Below, in pieces: positions 34,501 to 47,680 of a DNA stretch of 64,000 nt. The position numbers were made by a program, and so were the translations under genes. The stretch spans positions 18,943,068 to 19,007,067 of the forward strand of contig NC_068985.1 of the NCBI RefSeq assembly GCF_001194135.2. Reading direction: 5' to 3'. The stretch is from Octopus bimaculoides (taxonomy: Eukaryota). The stretch's first letter is position 1. Every line of letters starts with the position of its first letter. The notes under the pieces were generated by a model. That model did no database searches. It worked only from the letters and a program-made list of their open reading frames with translations, and had not been told where the DNA came from.

Positions 34501-35573
34501 TGTGTAGGTTTATATTCTGTGTCCAGGTTTATATTCTGTGTCCTTGCATGAAAAGTGTTGAGTAAAAGGTGCTGATGTTTGTTGACACTCACTGCTAAGA
34601 AATTGTCTAATAGCTCAGTAACTTCAAAGGCAAGAGGATTTTAAAAAAGTAAATTCATGACTTGAAATACAGGTAAGGATTAGTGACAGAAAGGGCATCT
34701 AGCTTTAAAATACTACTTCAGTATGCATTCATCCAACTTCAGCTGGCATGGAAAAATGGCATGAAAGAAACAAATCACACATACAGACACACATACACAT
34801 TTCCACTTATTTTTTATATCTCTAGTCACTGAAGTTCTTATACTTGCATATTTTTGTTCTTATATGGTTATAAAATTTGTCTGAATTCAGTTTCCTTCTT
34901 CAATTCACATTTGATATCTATTAAATATTTATCCTAGTCCTATCTGATAAGTGTCTCTGTCTCTTTCCGTGTCATTTTCGATTGTATAGGAGGTACAACA
35001 TTGTTTTTAATATTACTTTATATAGTCCTGCTTATGTATATCCGAAGAGGAAATTCCTTTCATGAATAGCTTCTTTTTCTCTTAAAATTTAGTTATTGCA
35101 TGCTTACTGACATCATTAAGAGCCACTTAACAATTTCTGCCACCAATGTAATCCACACATTGTCAAACGGAAAAGACATGAACTCTGTCAGCTGAGTAAT
35201 AATAATAATAATACAAGAAAAAAAAAATATATACAAGCAGAGTGGACTCTTTAACCCTGTTGCTGACATATCCAGTGTTCAAGATAGGTTGGTCATTCAG
35301 TCTTAAAATCGCAATGAAAGACACTGAGACCAGTCCTACTTCTATCAGCAGGGCTAAAGTGGATATGATATGAATATGGCACTTGGAGCACTGATCATAG
35401 TATTTTATATCTAAACGAGCATTTCTCTTTTTATAACAATAGTTGTGTGACAATATTTTCATTTAACGGTGGTTGTTTTAGATTTGAAATAGTAAGAGGT
35501 AATTTCAATTTTAATGAAATAAAGTTAGCAAGCTATTCACTCATGTGTTCAAAGACTGTTTTCCTTTTATACT

Positions 35574-35801
35574 TTAGCCCTTTAGCATTTAAACTAGCCA
35601 TATTTGGCCTAAATATGTTACCTGTTTTATGTTCTAACTGACCTGATCCAGCCTCTCACATCTACCCTACAATGACATTCTGAAAATGAACAGTCACATC
35701 ATCGAAATTTTGAAGCCACAATATGATGTATGATTAACTATAAAAAATGTGAATAAGTAAACATCACATTTGACAGAGCAGCCTGAATGCTGAAGCGTTA
35801 T
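35574..35801 (+). mobile_element. TTAA/CCCT MITE, copy 2
   Basis: TTAGCCCTTTAGCATTTAAAC...TTTGACAGAG...GAATGCTGAAGCGTTA. Confidence 0.75.
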
Positions 35802-35804
35802 ATG

Positions 35805-36275
35805 TTAGGAATGATATCCAACTATAGAAGCCATGTAAAGCAGACATTGGAGCTTGGACACAGTCCTCTGACCTGCTGGATCCTGTCAAACTGTTCAACC
35901 CATGTCAATATGGAATATGTATGTTAAATGATGATAACCCCAGTAGAGTTATTTCAATGTGAGCTTTTAAAATATATTCATCATCATTTAATGTCCATCT
36001 TTCATGCTGGCATGGGTTGGGCAGTTTGACAGGAGCTGGTAAGCCAGTTCCACTGTCTGTTTTGGCATGATCTTTATGGCTGGATGCCCTTCCTAACACC
36101 AACCACTTTACAGAGTGGGCTGGGTGCTTTTTATGTAGCACCAGCATTGGAGAGGTCTGCTTTGGCACGATTTTTATGGCTGGATACCCTTCCTAACATC
36201 AGCCACTTTACAAAGTGCTTCTTATGTGGCACCAGCACCAATGAAGTCTTCCAAATACCAACCACTTTACAAAGT
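35805..36275. mobile_element. Tail-to-tail pair of RTE-type tails (plus 35805-35935; minus 35985-36275 with an internal duplication of about 100 bp)
   Basis: TTTGGCAYGATYTTTATGGCTGGAT at both 36061 and 36161. Confidence 0.75.
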
Positions 36276-37289
36276 AAATATATCATAATCACTGTGAATG
36301 TTTACTTCTTCCTTTTTTTTTTAAATTGAAATGCTTTTTATTTATAATTTCTGCAGTTTGTAGGTTAGTTTCATTTCTGAAGAAATTTAAACAATATACA
36401 TACATCTTTATAATGATTTGAGACCATCAACATTTGCACATTATTTTATTGCAGACTTTGTAATTTTATTCTTTAGTCATTCCCTCTGTTAGCGAGTTCT
36501 TATAGAGTTCTTTCAGAAATTACCATTACCATATTATAAGCTTGCTTTAGCTTACTTCCACTTAGTTATTACTAATCCAGTTTGTTCATTTGGTTCTCAC
36601 TATCTTTTTTTGCCACACATTCATATCATTATCATTTCCTTGCAATTGTTATCTTCCATCTCAACTTATTTTCTGAGATTCATGGTAAATTGAGCTTATC
36701 ATTTTCTTCTTTCCAGATGTTTCAGTGACTAACAGGTTAGACAACTGACTATTGATCCAAAGGTCATAATTTCAATCCCTTCAACAAGCTTGTCAGTGTA
36801 GCCTCAAATTAGATATGGTGTTTCAGTGAATGTAGTATAAAATATAACTATTAGTTTTATAGTCTTATAGATGGTGGATATTGAGCAAAGCATTTCTCTA
36901 ATACTGAATTATAATTCCAGCTACAATGCAAAATCTAAGAATAGTAAATAATTTATCATCAAATGTAGGAAACTTACTGTATTTGATGGAATGAAGGACT
37001 CATAGACATATTAGCTGTCCCCCAATTTCAGTAGCACATATTCATAAAAACACTTTTTGTGCATTCAGGATATAGGAGCCTGAGTTATAATTTTTTTTTA
37101 AGTGTATGAAATTGAGTAAATTTATTCAGAAAACAACTAATTTAAGCATAACCTGTTGCAACTGTTCATTTTCAAAGAATCTGTTCTCACTGTGGGTCTG
37201 AAATTCAATATTTTTCCAGAATGGAATAGTTATCTTGGTTATTGCAGCATATTTTCTAATCCCTGGACTTTTTTTTTTTTTCGTGTGGT

Positions 37290-38459
37290 TAGTCCACATT
37301 ACTCCTATTAGAATCCATTTTTGCCAGCAAGAAATGAATTTATTTGGTAGTATAGAAACAAAGAAGTAGCTCAAAATACCTTTCGAAGCACTTGGATCTA
37401 CTGTTTGGTTGTTGGAAGTGTTCGCAGGAAGTCATCAAGATTCATGGGAAAGTGGTGTGGAAAACATACTCAGTGAGGTAGATTTTTGTATGCCACTTTG
37501 TTCAATTTGTGCAGAGTCATATGTAAAACATGTGCTTGGGTGTTGTCATGGAGAAGATTTGGTCCTTTTTGAGTGATCAACACCACATGTGAACATTGCT
37601 GTTCTTCATACATTTTGTCAGTTTCCCAGTCATACTGCCCTGTTGTGATGCTTTTGCCAGGATTCCAGAAAAAGTAGTGGATGATTGCACTTGCCAATCA
37701 CCAAACAGTGACCAAAACCTTCTTTTGACACAGCTTCAGCTTGGGAAGTGTTTTGGCACTTCATCTTGGTCCAACCACTGTGTAGATTACAGTCGACCAT
37801 TGTACAGAATTCATTTTTTTTTTTTTTTATCATAGTTTGCATTGGAATCAAGAAATCATTTGTTCTAGCTGCACAAAATAAGTAGACTTCATAATGGCAA
37901 TTTTCTTTTTAATTTAAAAACAAATTTTGTTCAGATTGTGTGGCTTGCATTTGTTGAACTTTTTTTTTTTTCGCAATATTGTACAGATGTTGAATTGTCT
38001 GCAACCTCTTGAGATGTTTTACTTGATTCTGCTTCAATAAAGACACTGAGTTGGGCATCATTCATAGAAGACCATTTGCAGCCTTTCTCGTCTCCAAAGC
38101 TCTCATTGCCATTATGAACTTTTTGGAACCAATGTTGAGCTGTTCATTGTAAGTCTTAATAATTCTCTGACCAAATGATTCATTGGTACTGCAAGTAGAT
38201 TCTGTTGCATTGCATTCCATTTAAATTCATACAATAAAATCACGTGTATCTGTTTTTTTTTTCCTCTCAATTGACAGCCTAAACAAGAAAAAATTATCTA
38301 GAACAATTATCGATAACAAAACAATTAGATAAATCAGACCCAAATCGGCACTTCAAAATTGTATGTTACAGAGAAAGAGTTAAACTCAAGTTTATTTAAA
38401 AATAAGACATCATACTTTAAATCAACAAAAACCACAATTATTTTTGTACTAACCTAATA
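37290..38459 (-). mobile_element. Degenerate mariner (Hsmar1/cecropia-like) element, one TIR retained
   Basis: Right end TA|TTAGGTTAGTACAAAAATAATTGTGG; transposase pieces IIHYFFWNPGKSIT, LLHDNTQAHV and NKFISCWQKWI. Confidence 0.85.
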
Positions 38460-38934
38460 GCTAAGGATGTAATGCAGGTGTTAATTATTAACGGTCAAGT
38501 TGTCTTTTATTACTAGCAAAACTCATACCTTTGAACTAATCAACATAAGTAAACTAACAAATAATTTGCTTCAAATAGTTATTTGTTGGGAACAGAAGTG
38601 TAATCAGTTTTGTAGATTTTGTTGTACTTATATTCTAAATTTTCTTTCACTTGATTTGACTTCCTTGCATAAATCTGCTCCTGTGCATTTAGTCACATTT
38701 ATTTCTACTTTTTCAGTTTTAATACATTTACTCAATGTGATTTTGCATTCTGTTGCTATCTTTTTTTTTTTTAATCATTTCTACAAGTTCTTTGAAATAG
38801 CTGATTTGTATTGTTTCAATTTTTTTCAAAATATCTCATTTCTTTTAAAAAATAGTTTATGGAACAAAGAGATGAATACACTAGTACTTAAATTTAATCT
38901 TTCTTGGTATATCTTTATGGATTCTTTCTTTTAT

Positions 38935-39310
38935 GCTTTTAATTGTTTGTCATTTGACTGCAGCCATACTGGAGCACTGTCTTTAGTTGAACAAATTGAC
39001 CCTAAGACTTATTCTTTGTAAGCTTAATACTTATTCTATCAGTCTCTTTTGCTGAACTACTAAGTGACAGGGATGTAAACATTCCAACATTGGTTGTTAA
39101 GCGATGATGGGTGGGGACAAACATAGACACAGACATATATATATCTATACAACGGGCTTCTTTCAGTTGCTGTCTACCAAATTCACTCACAAGGCTTTGG
39201 TTGGCCTGAGGCTATAGTAGAAGACACTTGCCCAAGGTGCCATGCAGTGGGACTGAACCTGGAACCATGCGGTTGGTAAGCAAGCTACTTACCACACAGC
39301 CACTCCTATG
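38935..39310 (-). mobile_element. SINE family A, full length
   Basis: Reverse complement of 2370-2775 from head to tail. Confidence 0.9.
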
Positions 39311-39444
39311 AATTAAATCTTAAAAAATAAGTTTGTCAGAGATGATGGATTAACTAAGCCATGTGAAAGTGGCTTTGAGCTGTTGAACTATTTTTTAAGT
39401 GTAAAATATTCTACTTTTCAAAATGCATATCACCACAAAGGTGT

Positions 39445-39730
39445 TTAGCCCTTTAACATTTAAATTGTCCATATGTAGCCCAAATATTCTACCTGTTTTA
39501 TGTTTAAACTGGCCAAATCCAGCCTCTCACACCTATCCTACAATGTCATTCTAAAAATAAACAATCACTTCATTGAAATCTTGAAGCTACAAGATAACGC
39601 ACTATTAATTGAGAACAATGCTTATATATTCACATTCATCATCATCAAGCGGATGTTAAATGATGATGATGATGAATGTGAATATATAAGCATTATATTT
39701 GACAGAGTAATCTGAATGCTAATGGGTTAA
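39445..39730 (+). mobile_element. TTAA/CCCT MITE, copy 3, carrying a hairpin insertion
   Basis: Ends TTAGCCCTTT and GGGTTAA; about 55 bp longer than the other copies. Confidence 0.8.
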
Positions 39731-42700
39731 ATACTCTAAAACCAGATCAGTGTTGAAATGAATAGTGTCAGAGATAATCGACAAATATATTGATAATAAA
39801 AAAAAAAGCAAAGAGTTGTTTGAAACTAAAAAATAAAATGATTGAGGTTGGTGGTCAGTTTTTTGTTTTTTCATGCTTCATCACCTGGTTGCTATACATG
39901 AATATCAGGAAACCTGCTGAGTATGATACTCAACTAATACAATAATCAGTTATGCAATAGACTGGAAAGGCAAATGTAGTTAGCTGGAACTAGCAGTAAG
40001 CTGATGTTTGCAGGGAAAATATTGGCGAAGGGAGAGTTTCAAGGGCTTCAGGAGATAAAGAATTGAATAAAATGCATAGTGTGGACTTTGAAACTCAGTA
40101 GGAATGACGAAAAGAGGAGAGGTAGTGAGAGTAGACATAGCTTACTAGTTTGGAAGAGAAGCTCTTGAAATTATGATGAAAGCGATAGAAAGGAAACAGC
40201 TTATTGTGTGTTAGTTGTTATAAGATTATCAAACAACCAGAAAGCCTCATTTAGGTTATTGTTTAGAATGTTTATCTGTTGCAGCTGTATTGTAGCAGGT
40301 ATGTGAGCAATTCTTAATAAATACTCAGCAGCTAATCAAAGCTGAAGCTTTTTTCTGTCCTGAAAAGTGGCGAAATAGTAATAATAATAATGGAACAGTG
40401 GACAAGGGAAGAGAGGGAGGGAGAGAGAGAAAGGATGGATGAAAAGGAGATAGTGAGATGAGATGTAGTTGGGAAGGTTGTAAGAATGTGGGGCAGATGT
40501 ATTGAATGGAAGAGGAGAGGTAATTTGGTGACTCAGGAGGGTGGTCAATGTAAAATGCAGGTGGAGAGGACAGTATTAAGAATGAAAAATGGATAAGAGG
40601 TTAAGTGGTTCTGGGTAGTAAGATGGGTAAATAATGTCAGGGAAAGGCTGAAGTATGTAATTTTGCTTACATTAAATTACAACAGAATAGTGCAGTTAGA
40701 GAGATGATAGGTGGTGAGAATGTCTTGAGGAGGAAATTGGACAGGCAGAGGGCAGTTGTATGTGTCTGTATATACACACATTGTACTTCTAGAATTTCAG
40801 TTTCACTGAGGTGGGCAAGTCTTCTCAAGAACTGCATATTGTCAGTCATCTCAGTCTATTGTCATCTCTTCCATTTGGTTCATAGTCTAGAGATTAGTTT
40901 ATGGAGAGCAAAATACCTTGGTTAAGCAATGGTAAGATAATCTTATTGAGGAAGAAACTTTGTGGTACAATAAAGGTCATGTTTGAAGGTAAGAAAAATG
41001 TCGAGTTTTTCGAGAGTCTTTGAGTTGGCGAACTGTGTCATTGATAACAAATCAGTTTAAGGAAGGGAGAAGAATTCCAGTCAAAGTGATTGGTAGTTTT
41101 TGTTACTAATGTTCAGGTCGAAAGCTGGGTAGCTGTTACAGTGTATGGTATTGTAAATGAAGGCAGTGGCCTTTAGAAAGGAAGTGAAGTATATTTAAAA
41201 TTTATTCTGCATAAGCAATGCGATTGACCAGTATGATTGATTTGTTGAGAAACATGATAAGATTTAGAAGTTTAAAGTGGAAATAGACATTTGAATGAGT
41301 AGTAAGAAAATAAGTGTATTGTCTACAAATACTATTTTTCCTAATTCTGCTTAAAAAACTCTTCAGATAAACTTTGGAAAGTAAACATAATAATCAAATG
41401 TGTTCATTTTATATATTGAATGTAAACATGGATGTTGCATAGATACAATATACAGAAATAAAAGCAAATGCTCACTTTTTCTGGTTTTGTTTTGTTTATA
41501 TTCTATCTATGTAATGTTTATGTTTTACGGTCAATATATAGAAATCTATTGTCTGAACAATCCTAGATTATTAATCAATAAATTCAAACAGTTTTCTTAG
41601 GAGCTAAAATTACAAACACACTGTTGTTAAATCCTTGAAAGGAAAGCAAATTATATTAGCTAAGTTAGTTGTAGATTTGATTTGGATTTTGAAAAGAATA
41701 AAAAAATATTCCCATTGTAAAATATCTCCCTCTTAAAATTATATGTATGTCTTTGAATGTGTAAACTTGTAAAATTTATGGTAGTATATGAACTTGTCTT
41801 TTTGTACTAAGTATGCATATATTTGTGGTTAAAAATCATATCATGGCTATCTCGTATGCTTGACTGGGTTCTTCATATTGGAAATTTCCTGTTTGCCTGA
41901 TAAGCCAGATTTTAAGCTTCATAATCCTGTATTAGTTTCAACCATTTCAGCAGAAGTTCTACAATTTATTTCATTGACATATACTTATTTATCTTCATAC
42001 TTCCACCAAATCAAATTATATTAGTGTATATTTGTAATTTTGTTGGAATCTAAGATGTTAAGTTTTGGAATTTCCTTATTTTTGGAATGAAGAGGTCATA
42101 ATTGTTGTGTAGACCCAGGTCCACTCTGATTGAGCAGATTTATGATCAAAGGCGTTCTAGCTGTGACCAAATTTTTCCCTTATGCAGGTAACCCTAAACC
42201 ACATTTTCCAACATGTCCTTTTCTAACCCTGTAATCTCTGATTTGAAGGATATTTGGCTGCTGTCTCTAGCTGCTCAAAAGTCCACATAGAAACTATATT
42301 GTTGGTTTGTTGTGTATTGTACTTGATGTTCCTATATAGCTATTTCTTCAGTATGTTTTGTTTCTTTTCCTTTGTAGAGTGTTTTCCGGATGCTTCTACA
42401 ATTATTTTGTGGAATTGTATGTTGATGATTATGTTGTTGTTCTGTGAACTGATTTGGCTCTGATTCTTTTAACTTTTTTTAAGTACTTTCTGGTTGTTTT
42501 CTACAAAGGTGTTACCTTCAAACATTTTTTCACGCTTGGTGTCAAGTTTTTTTTCTTTGTGTCAGATTTATAATTGTTTGACCAGCATTCTCTCTTTAAA
42601 CATTGTTTCTGTTTTCTTTGCTGGATTATTGTTTTCAGATTTAAATTCTTCAGTGCTTTTCTCTTTTTAAGATGGCACGGAGTAGTCAGAGAGAATTTGG

Positions 42701-44449
42701 CTGCTGATTGACTGACTATATAGAGGCTCTGTAGGGCCTGGGGAAATGATTGAACTTACTAGCAGTTTCAATCACTGACTCCACAAGCCACAATGAGAGC
42801 TTCTGCATGGTTACTTGGCTTGCTAGAAGTAATAATCAAATCTTTTTCATGTTATAAATCTTGAAGAGGAAGGATATTGGAGAATGTAGCAGTAGATACC
42901 TTGTCTGTGAAAAGATAGGATGGTTACGAGCAGAAGATTTTTGATCATAAATCTACTTCATTAGAGTTTGCTTTGGTCAATACAGTAACCACTAATGCTG
43001 CTAACACTGCCAAACCTCAGAAATATTGACCAAATTATAACAGTTCTAAAGTCTGACACAAACCCACATGAAATAATATCATACATATCCACCAACCTTC
43101 CTTGTGCATCCTCAATCACCAGCTTACTGAATTCTTATTTCTCTTTCCAATCCACTGCATAAATTCAGTTTAGCACCATAGTGCTGACAATCCTCATGCA
43201 AAGAATTTATAGCAATGTCAGTTGCAACAAAATACTTAGCCTTGATTGAAAATCAAGTTACATTTTCTCATCACAGTTTCACAACTTTTCTGGTCATGCA
43301 TCAATCATCTAGAAATGTTGGCTTGAAAAGAACAGAGTTAAAGTAGCACCTACCATCTACCATACCAGCTCCATCAGAGACCATCAAATACAACCATCCT
43401 CATATTAATAGCATAAATTTCTCATATACACACAACCAGTGGTGACTCCAGCACTTGGGCTGTTTGGGCTTAGCCTAAGTATAAATTTAGTAAAGTGAGT
43501 GTGTATTTATAAATTTAGTAAAGCAAGCTGATTTAATTTCTGCTAACACTGATTTCAAGTACGTAAATGCAGCTAATAACTCCTTTTATTGAGCCTGGTC
43601 GCAGTTCATTTATTTTCATTCAGCATCTGGTGGTCATCTTAGAGGTGCCCTGTGTCAAAAAGTATTGTTTGTAGCAGACATCCTCTTGACATTGTTCACA
43701 CACGTCTGACTTGGGCTCAGAAGTTACAGCCCAAGTTGTTATCTATAATCGTAAAAATTAAAAGTAATTCAGATTCAATGTTTTCTTGAAACAATAAATT
43801 TCTATAGAGATTAGGATTTAAATTCCAATCTACGAAAAGTTTCCGTTCTCCAATATGCTTACAGGAACGAAAAATTATCCAGCAACTCGGGCTAATATGA
43901 ATGAGGCTAGTAGGTGTAAATAAACTAACTGGCATCTCCTGTCAAGAGTGCAGGTGACAGTCAGATTGGTGATGTTTGTTGTGCATTCCGCTGTGGTTAT
44001 TCTGTTATTCTGTGCTGTTATTCTGTGCGTCTGTGTGCAAAGATCAGTTCTGTTTTGCAGGGTTGCTTTATTTTAACCCTTAACTTAGAAATGGAGAAAG
44101 ACGTAGTGCTAGATATAAAAAATATAAGCCATTTGGGGATAGAAATAAAGTGGAAAAATGTAAAATTCTTCAAGCAGGCATGTCTTATGTGAAATCTGTG
44201 ATGAGCCTGAGTGATGCTGATGACCTGGAGTTGTCTCTGCCCATGACACAGAAATATTCTGAATTACATAAGATATTTACAGCACTCATAAACAACATAG
44301 CAAAATGAACCACAGACATATGTAATGCATTCTTAGCTTCTCTTTTTGCTTGGCACAAAGGAATAACAGTGTGCTAACTATATATTCACTCCATAATAAA
44401 TTATGTCAGTCCTACCTGAGACCCTCCTTTCTTTGTAACTAATCATAGC

Positions 44450-45000
44450 CGATTATAAACACCACAGCACACATCAAAGGATGCTTGCAGGCCATCTGCA
44501 CAATGTAACAAAAATATTAAAAATAACAAAAATTTAACATGCCACACTGCATTCCACACAATTAACTGCAAGGAGGAGTGTGCTATAAGTTTCTCAAACA
44601 TGCATTTAATTGGTTTATGCATTAACTATAGATTGCACTTAGCGTTTGGTTGATTACCTATGTACTATAAATCTACTTGAACAATGTTTCACAAACACAC
44701 ATACTAATAAAGCTTTTGCCTCCAGTCATTTCTATCCACTTATACTCAAAATACTAAGCGCTAACTTCAAAAACACACAAAATCCTGATTGGGCAATTAT
44801 CTCATTGGTTGTGAACACCAAGAACAATAACAACACACCTAGAATCTATAATTTCCTGAATGGAGTATAGTAAAGGCCTAACACACTCCATTTAACTGTA
44901 CCTACCTACATTACTTATAAAACATACACACTGACTCCTGCTGCTGTCATCTGCACTGTTCTTCAGATTCCCCATTATTCCTCAGATACTGTTGCTTAAC
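44450..45000 (+). mobile_element. Possible highly degenerate LINE endonuclease region
   Basis: ANFKNTQNPDWA resembles GDFN.H.P.WG, and there is A/C strand skew; weak. Confidence 0.25.
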
Positions 45001-45414
45001 AACTCCCATCTTACATCAGCTACCCAAAACTTGGCTCTAAACAAATAAGCTAGAAGTAGCACCTATCAGATCCACTATCTCTCTTTTTTTTTTCTCTCCA
45101 GCAACATTGAAGAACATCCAGGTAACTACCACCACACTTAGTAACATAATCATATGTAGAAGAGTTGATGAAAATGCCTCTAGCTAGCCACTTTATCTAC
45201 TAGAAATAGCAGCCAGATCTATTTGACTAAAGCTGACTTGCAGGTTAAACAACAGAACTGTAAAGAATTATCTGCAACATCCCTGTTACACATAGAGCTC
45301 AGTAAAAGTAGCCAATGAACAAACCTTCTAAAAGCACTCACTTTTCGACTTATAGGAAGAAACAACATTAATAATAAAGATAATATATCCATCATGGATT
45401 GCATAGTTCCCATC

Positions 45415-45560
45415 ATCATCATTAGGTGATCCCAGTCAAGAGAGACCTTACTACTTCTTCCCAGAGCTCCTGATTCTTCATTAACAGACCAAGGTCTTGC
45501 ATTTCATATTGTGAATCTCTGGTGGTGACATCTGGATATGAGAGCTTGTGATTTTTCCCA
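45415..45560 (-). mobile_element. 3' end of a second RTE-like LINE family with (TGA)n tail
   Basis: KLSYPDVTTRDSQYEMQDLGLLMKNQELWEEVVRSL followed at once by TGATGATG. Confidence 0.6.
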
Positions 45561-45629
45561 CCAGCTGGCCAAGGCGTGCAAATGACATGTTGACAAAGGT
45601 AGCTTATTTGGTTCAAAGCAGTGCTCATC

Positions 45630-45915
45630 AAGTTGTACTCTGTTACCTCACTTGTTTCCAAACAAGGTAATATCTCACCATGGCCTGACATACTTTCCAG
45701 AGAAGACTGGACACAAACAACATTACTTGTATGAGGATAATGGTTGTTCACAACCATTATACAATGTCAAGACAAGGGTACACACATGCACACACACACC
45801 AAGCTTCTTTTTGTTTCTGTCTACCAACTCCCAATCATAAGGTTTCAGTGGGCCCTAGCCACGGTAGAAGAAACTTGTTCAAAGTGCCATGCAGTGGGAC
45901 TGAACCTAAAACCCA
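45630..45915 (-). mobile_element. SINE family B
   Basis: A-type head at 45800-45915; CTTGTTTCCAAACAAGGTAATATC body. Confidence 0.65.
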
Positions 45916-46663
45916 TATTATATTAGCTATGTTTGTGTTGAATATAAACACCATCGCATGGTCCTTGAGGGTCTTCAGTGGAGCTCATTCTGTTGCAAGC
46001 AGGTCTCTGGTTTGCAGAAAAATTCCTTTCTTCCCACCAGACAAACAACAATGATAACTGTGTAGCTTGCAGCATCTGTATCATGAGCAATCTTCTACAG
46101 TACAGATTTAGGTCTTTAGAGAAGAACCACTTGCCTCCTGCTAGTGTTTTGGCTCTTAACTCCTCACACTCTAAGGGAGCCAGGCCACATACAGGTCATG
46201 ACTCTTAGACACCCCTCTGTTGTCACATTTTGTGCTGTCTGCTTTGTAACCCCCCTGGATGGTTTAGGTGCTCCAGAGCCAAGGTACCTTGGGTTTCTAA
46301 AATTAATTATTGCAACATTAGTTTTAAGACAATCCCTTTCACATCTGAGTTCAAAGCCAACAAAGGAGCAATATTATTAATTCATCCAAGCACTAATAAT
46401 AGAAAAGGATTATAGTAATACCAAAACTATTAACACTATGTAGTTAGAAGCTTTTTGATTGATAATTTGTTTATTGAGTGTAGTTAATAACTGTATCTTA
46501 GGTTAATGTGACAAGTTACATATATGATTTTTGTTTTATGTTGTGATTCTATTTCCTACTAAAATTAATTATAAATTTTCTCATTTCAAATATTCTCCCT
46601 CAAAAATTTCTATATTCATTTAAAAGTATCAAACTTTGAAGAATATTCAGAAGAATAAGAGTA

Positions 46664-46888
46664 TCAACCCTTTAGCATTCAGATTATCATGTTGAGTGCA
46701 ATGCATATTTATTCACATTGTTTTCTATTAATCCTGCATTTTCTTGCAGCTTCAAAATTTTGATATGATTGTATATTTTTCAAATGACGTTGTACGGTAG
46801 ATGTGAGAGGCAGGACCTCACTAGTTTGAACATAAAATAAATAGAACATTTGGGCTGGATATAGCTGGTTTAAATACTAAAAGGTTGA
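46664..46888 (-). mobile_element. TTAA/CCCT MITE, copy 4 (reverse orientation)
   Basis: TCAACCCTTTAGCATTCAGATT...TAAATACTAAAAGGTTGA. Confidence 0.75.
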
Positions 46889-47319
46889 AGTATAATTTTA
46901 CTGTTGATTGTAGTGACTTCTCTATCGTTAATAATTTTCTTTTTTCAATTTTCATCTCAAAAGTTGATTAAAAGCAAGATTCAGTTGATCTAATTAAGCA
47001 ACCTGTTTTATATTGTAAAATTAATAATTATATCTAGCTTTTGTTTTTAAAATTATAGCATAGAATGTATTAAACAAAGCGAAACAAAAATTTATATAAT
47101 TACTACCAAACTTAGCTGCTTTGTACAATACAATAAATTAAATTTTCTTATCTTCAAATTTTTTATGAACGTTTTCAATTAAAAAAATGTTTTACAAATT
47201 TAAAATTATGATTTATATTCAATGTTTTCAAAGAATTGGGTCATAGACATTTTAATAATCTTATATTAGATAGGTTCATATTTGGCTTTATATTTGAATG
47301 AAGAATTAAGTAAAATCCA

Positions 47320-47680
47320 GGCATGGCTGTGTGGTTAAGAAGCTTGTTTTACAACCACATAGTTTTGGGTTCAATCCCCTGCGTAGCACCTTACCCAAAT
47401 GTACAATAGCTTTGGGTTGATCAATGCCTTATGAGTAAATTTGGTAAACAGAAACTGTACGAAAGTCCTATGTATGTATGTATGCATGTGTGCGTGTGTG
47501 TCTCTCCTCACTGCTTGACAACTGGTGTTGGTTTGCTTATGTCCCTGTAACTTAGTAGTTTGGAAAAGCCCAATAGAATAAGTACCAGACTAGGGTCATT
47601 TGTTGAACTAAACCCTTCAAGGGGAAGGGTGTCCCAACATGGCTACAATCCTATGATTGAAAGATGTAATAGATAAAAGA
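47320..47680 (+). mobile_element. SINE family A, diverged
   Basis: GGCATGGCTGTGTGGTTAAG...GTCCCTGTAACTTAG...AGAATAAGTACC. Confidence 0.8.

Noticed and set aside
34506-34543. Perfect 19-bp tandem duplication (AGGTTTATATTCTGTGTCC twice)
   Set aside because: Real, but an ordinary slippage event at a TE edge with no sign of function.
38500-39021. 173-aa ORF
   Set aside because: F/L/I/N-rich composition typical of AT-rich non-coding DNA, TTG start, and it runs into a SINE tail.
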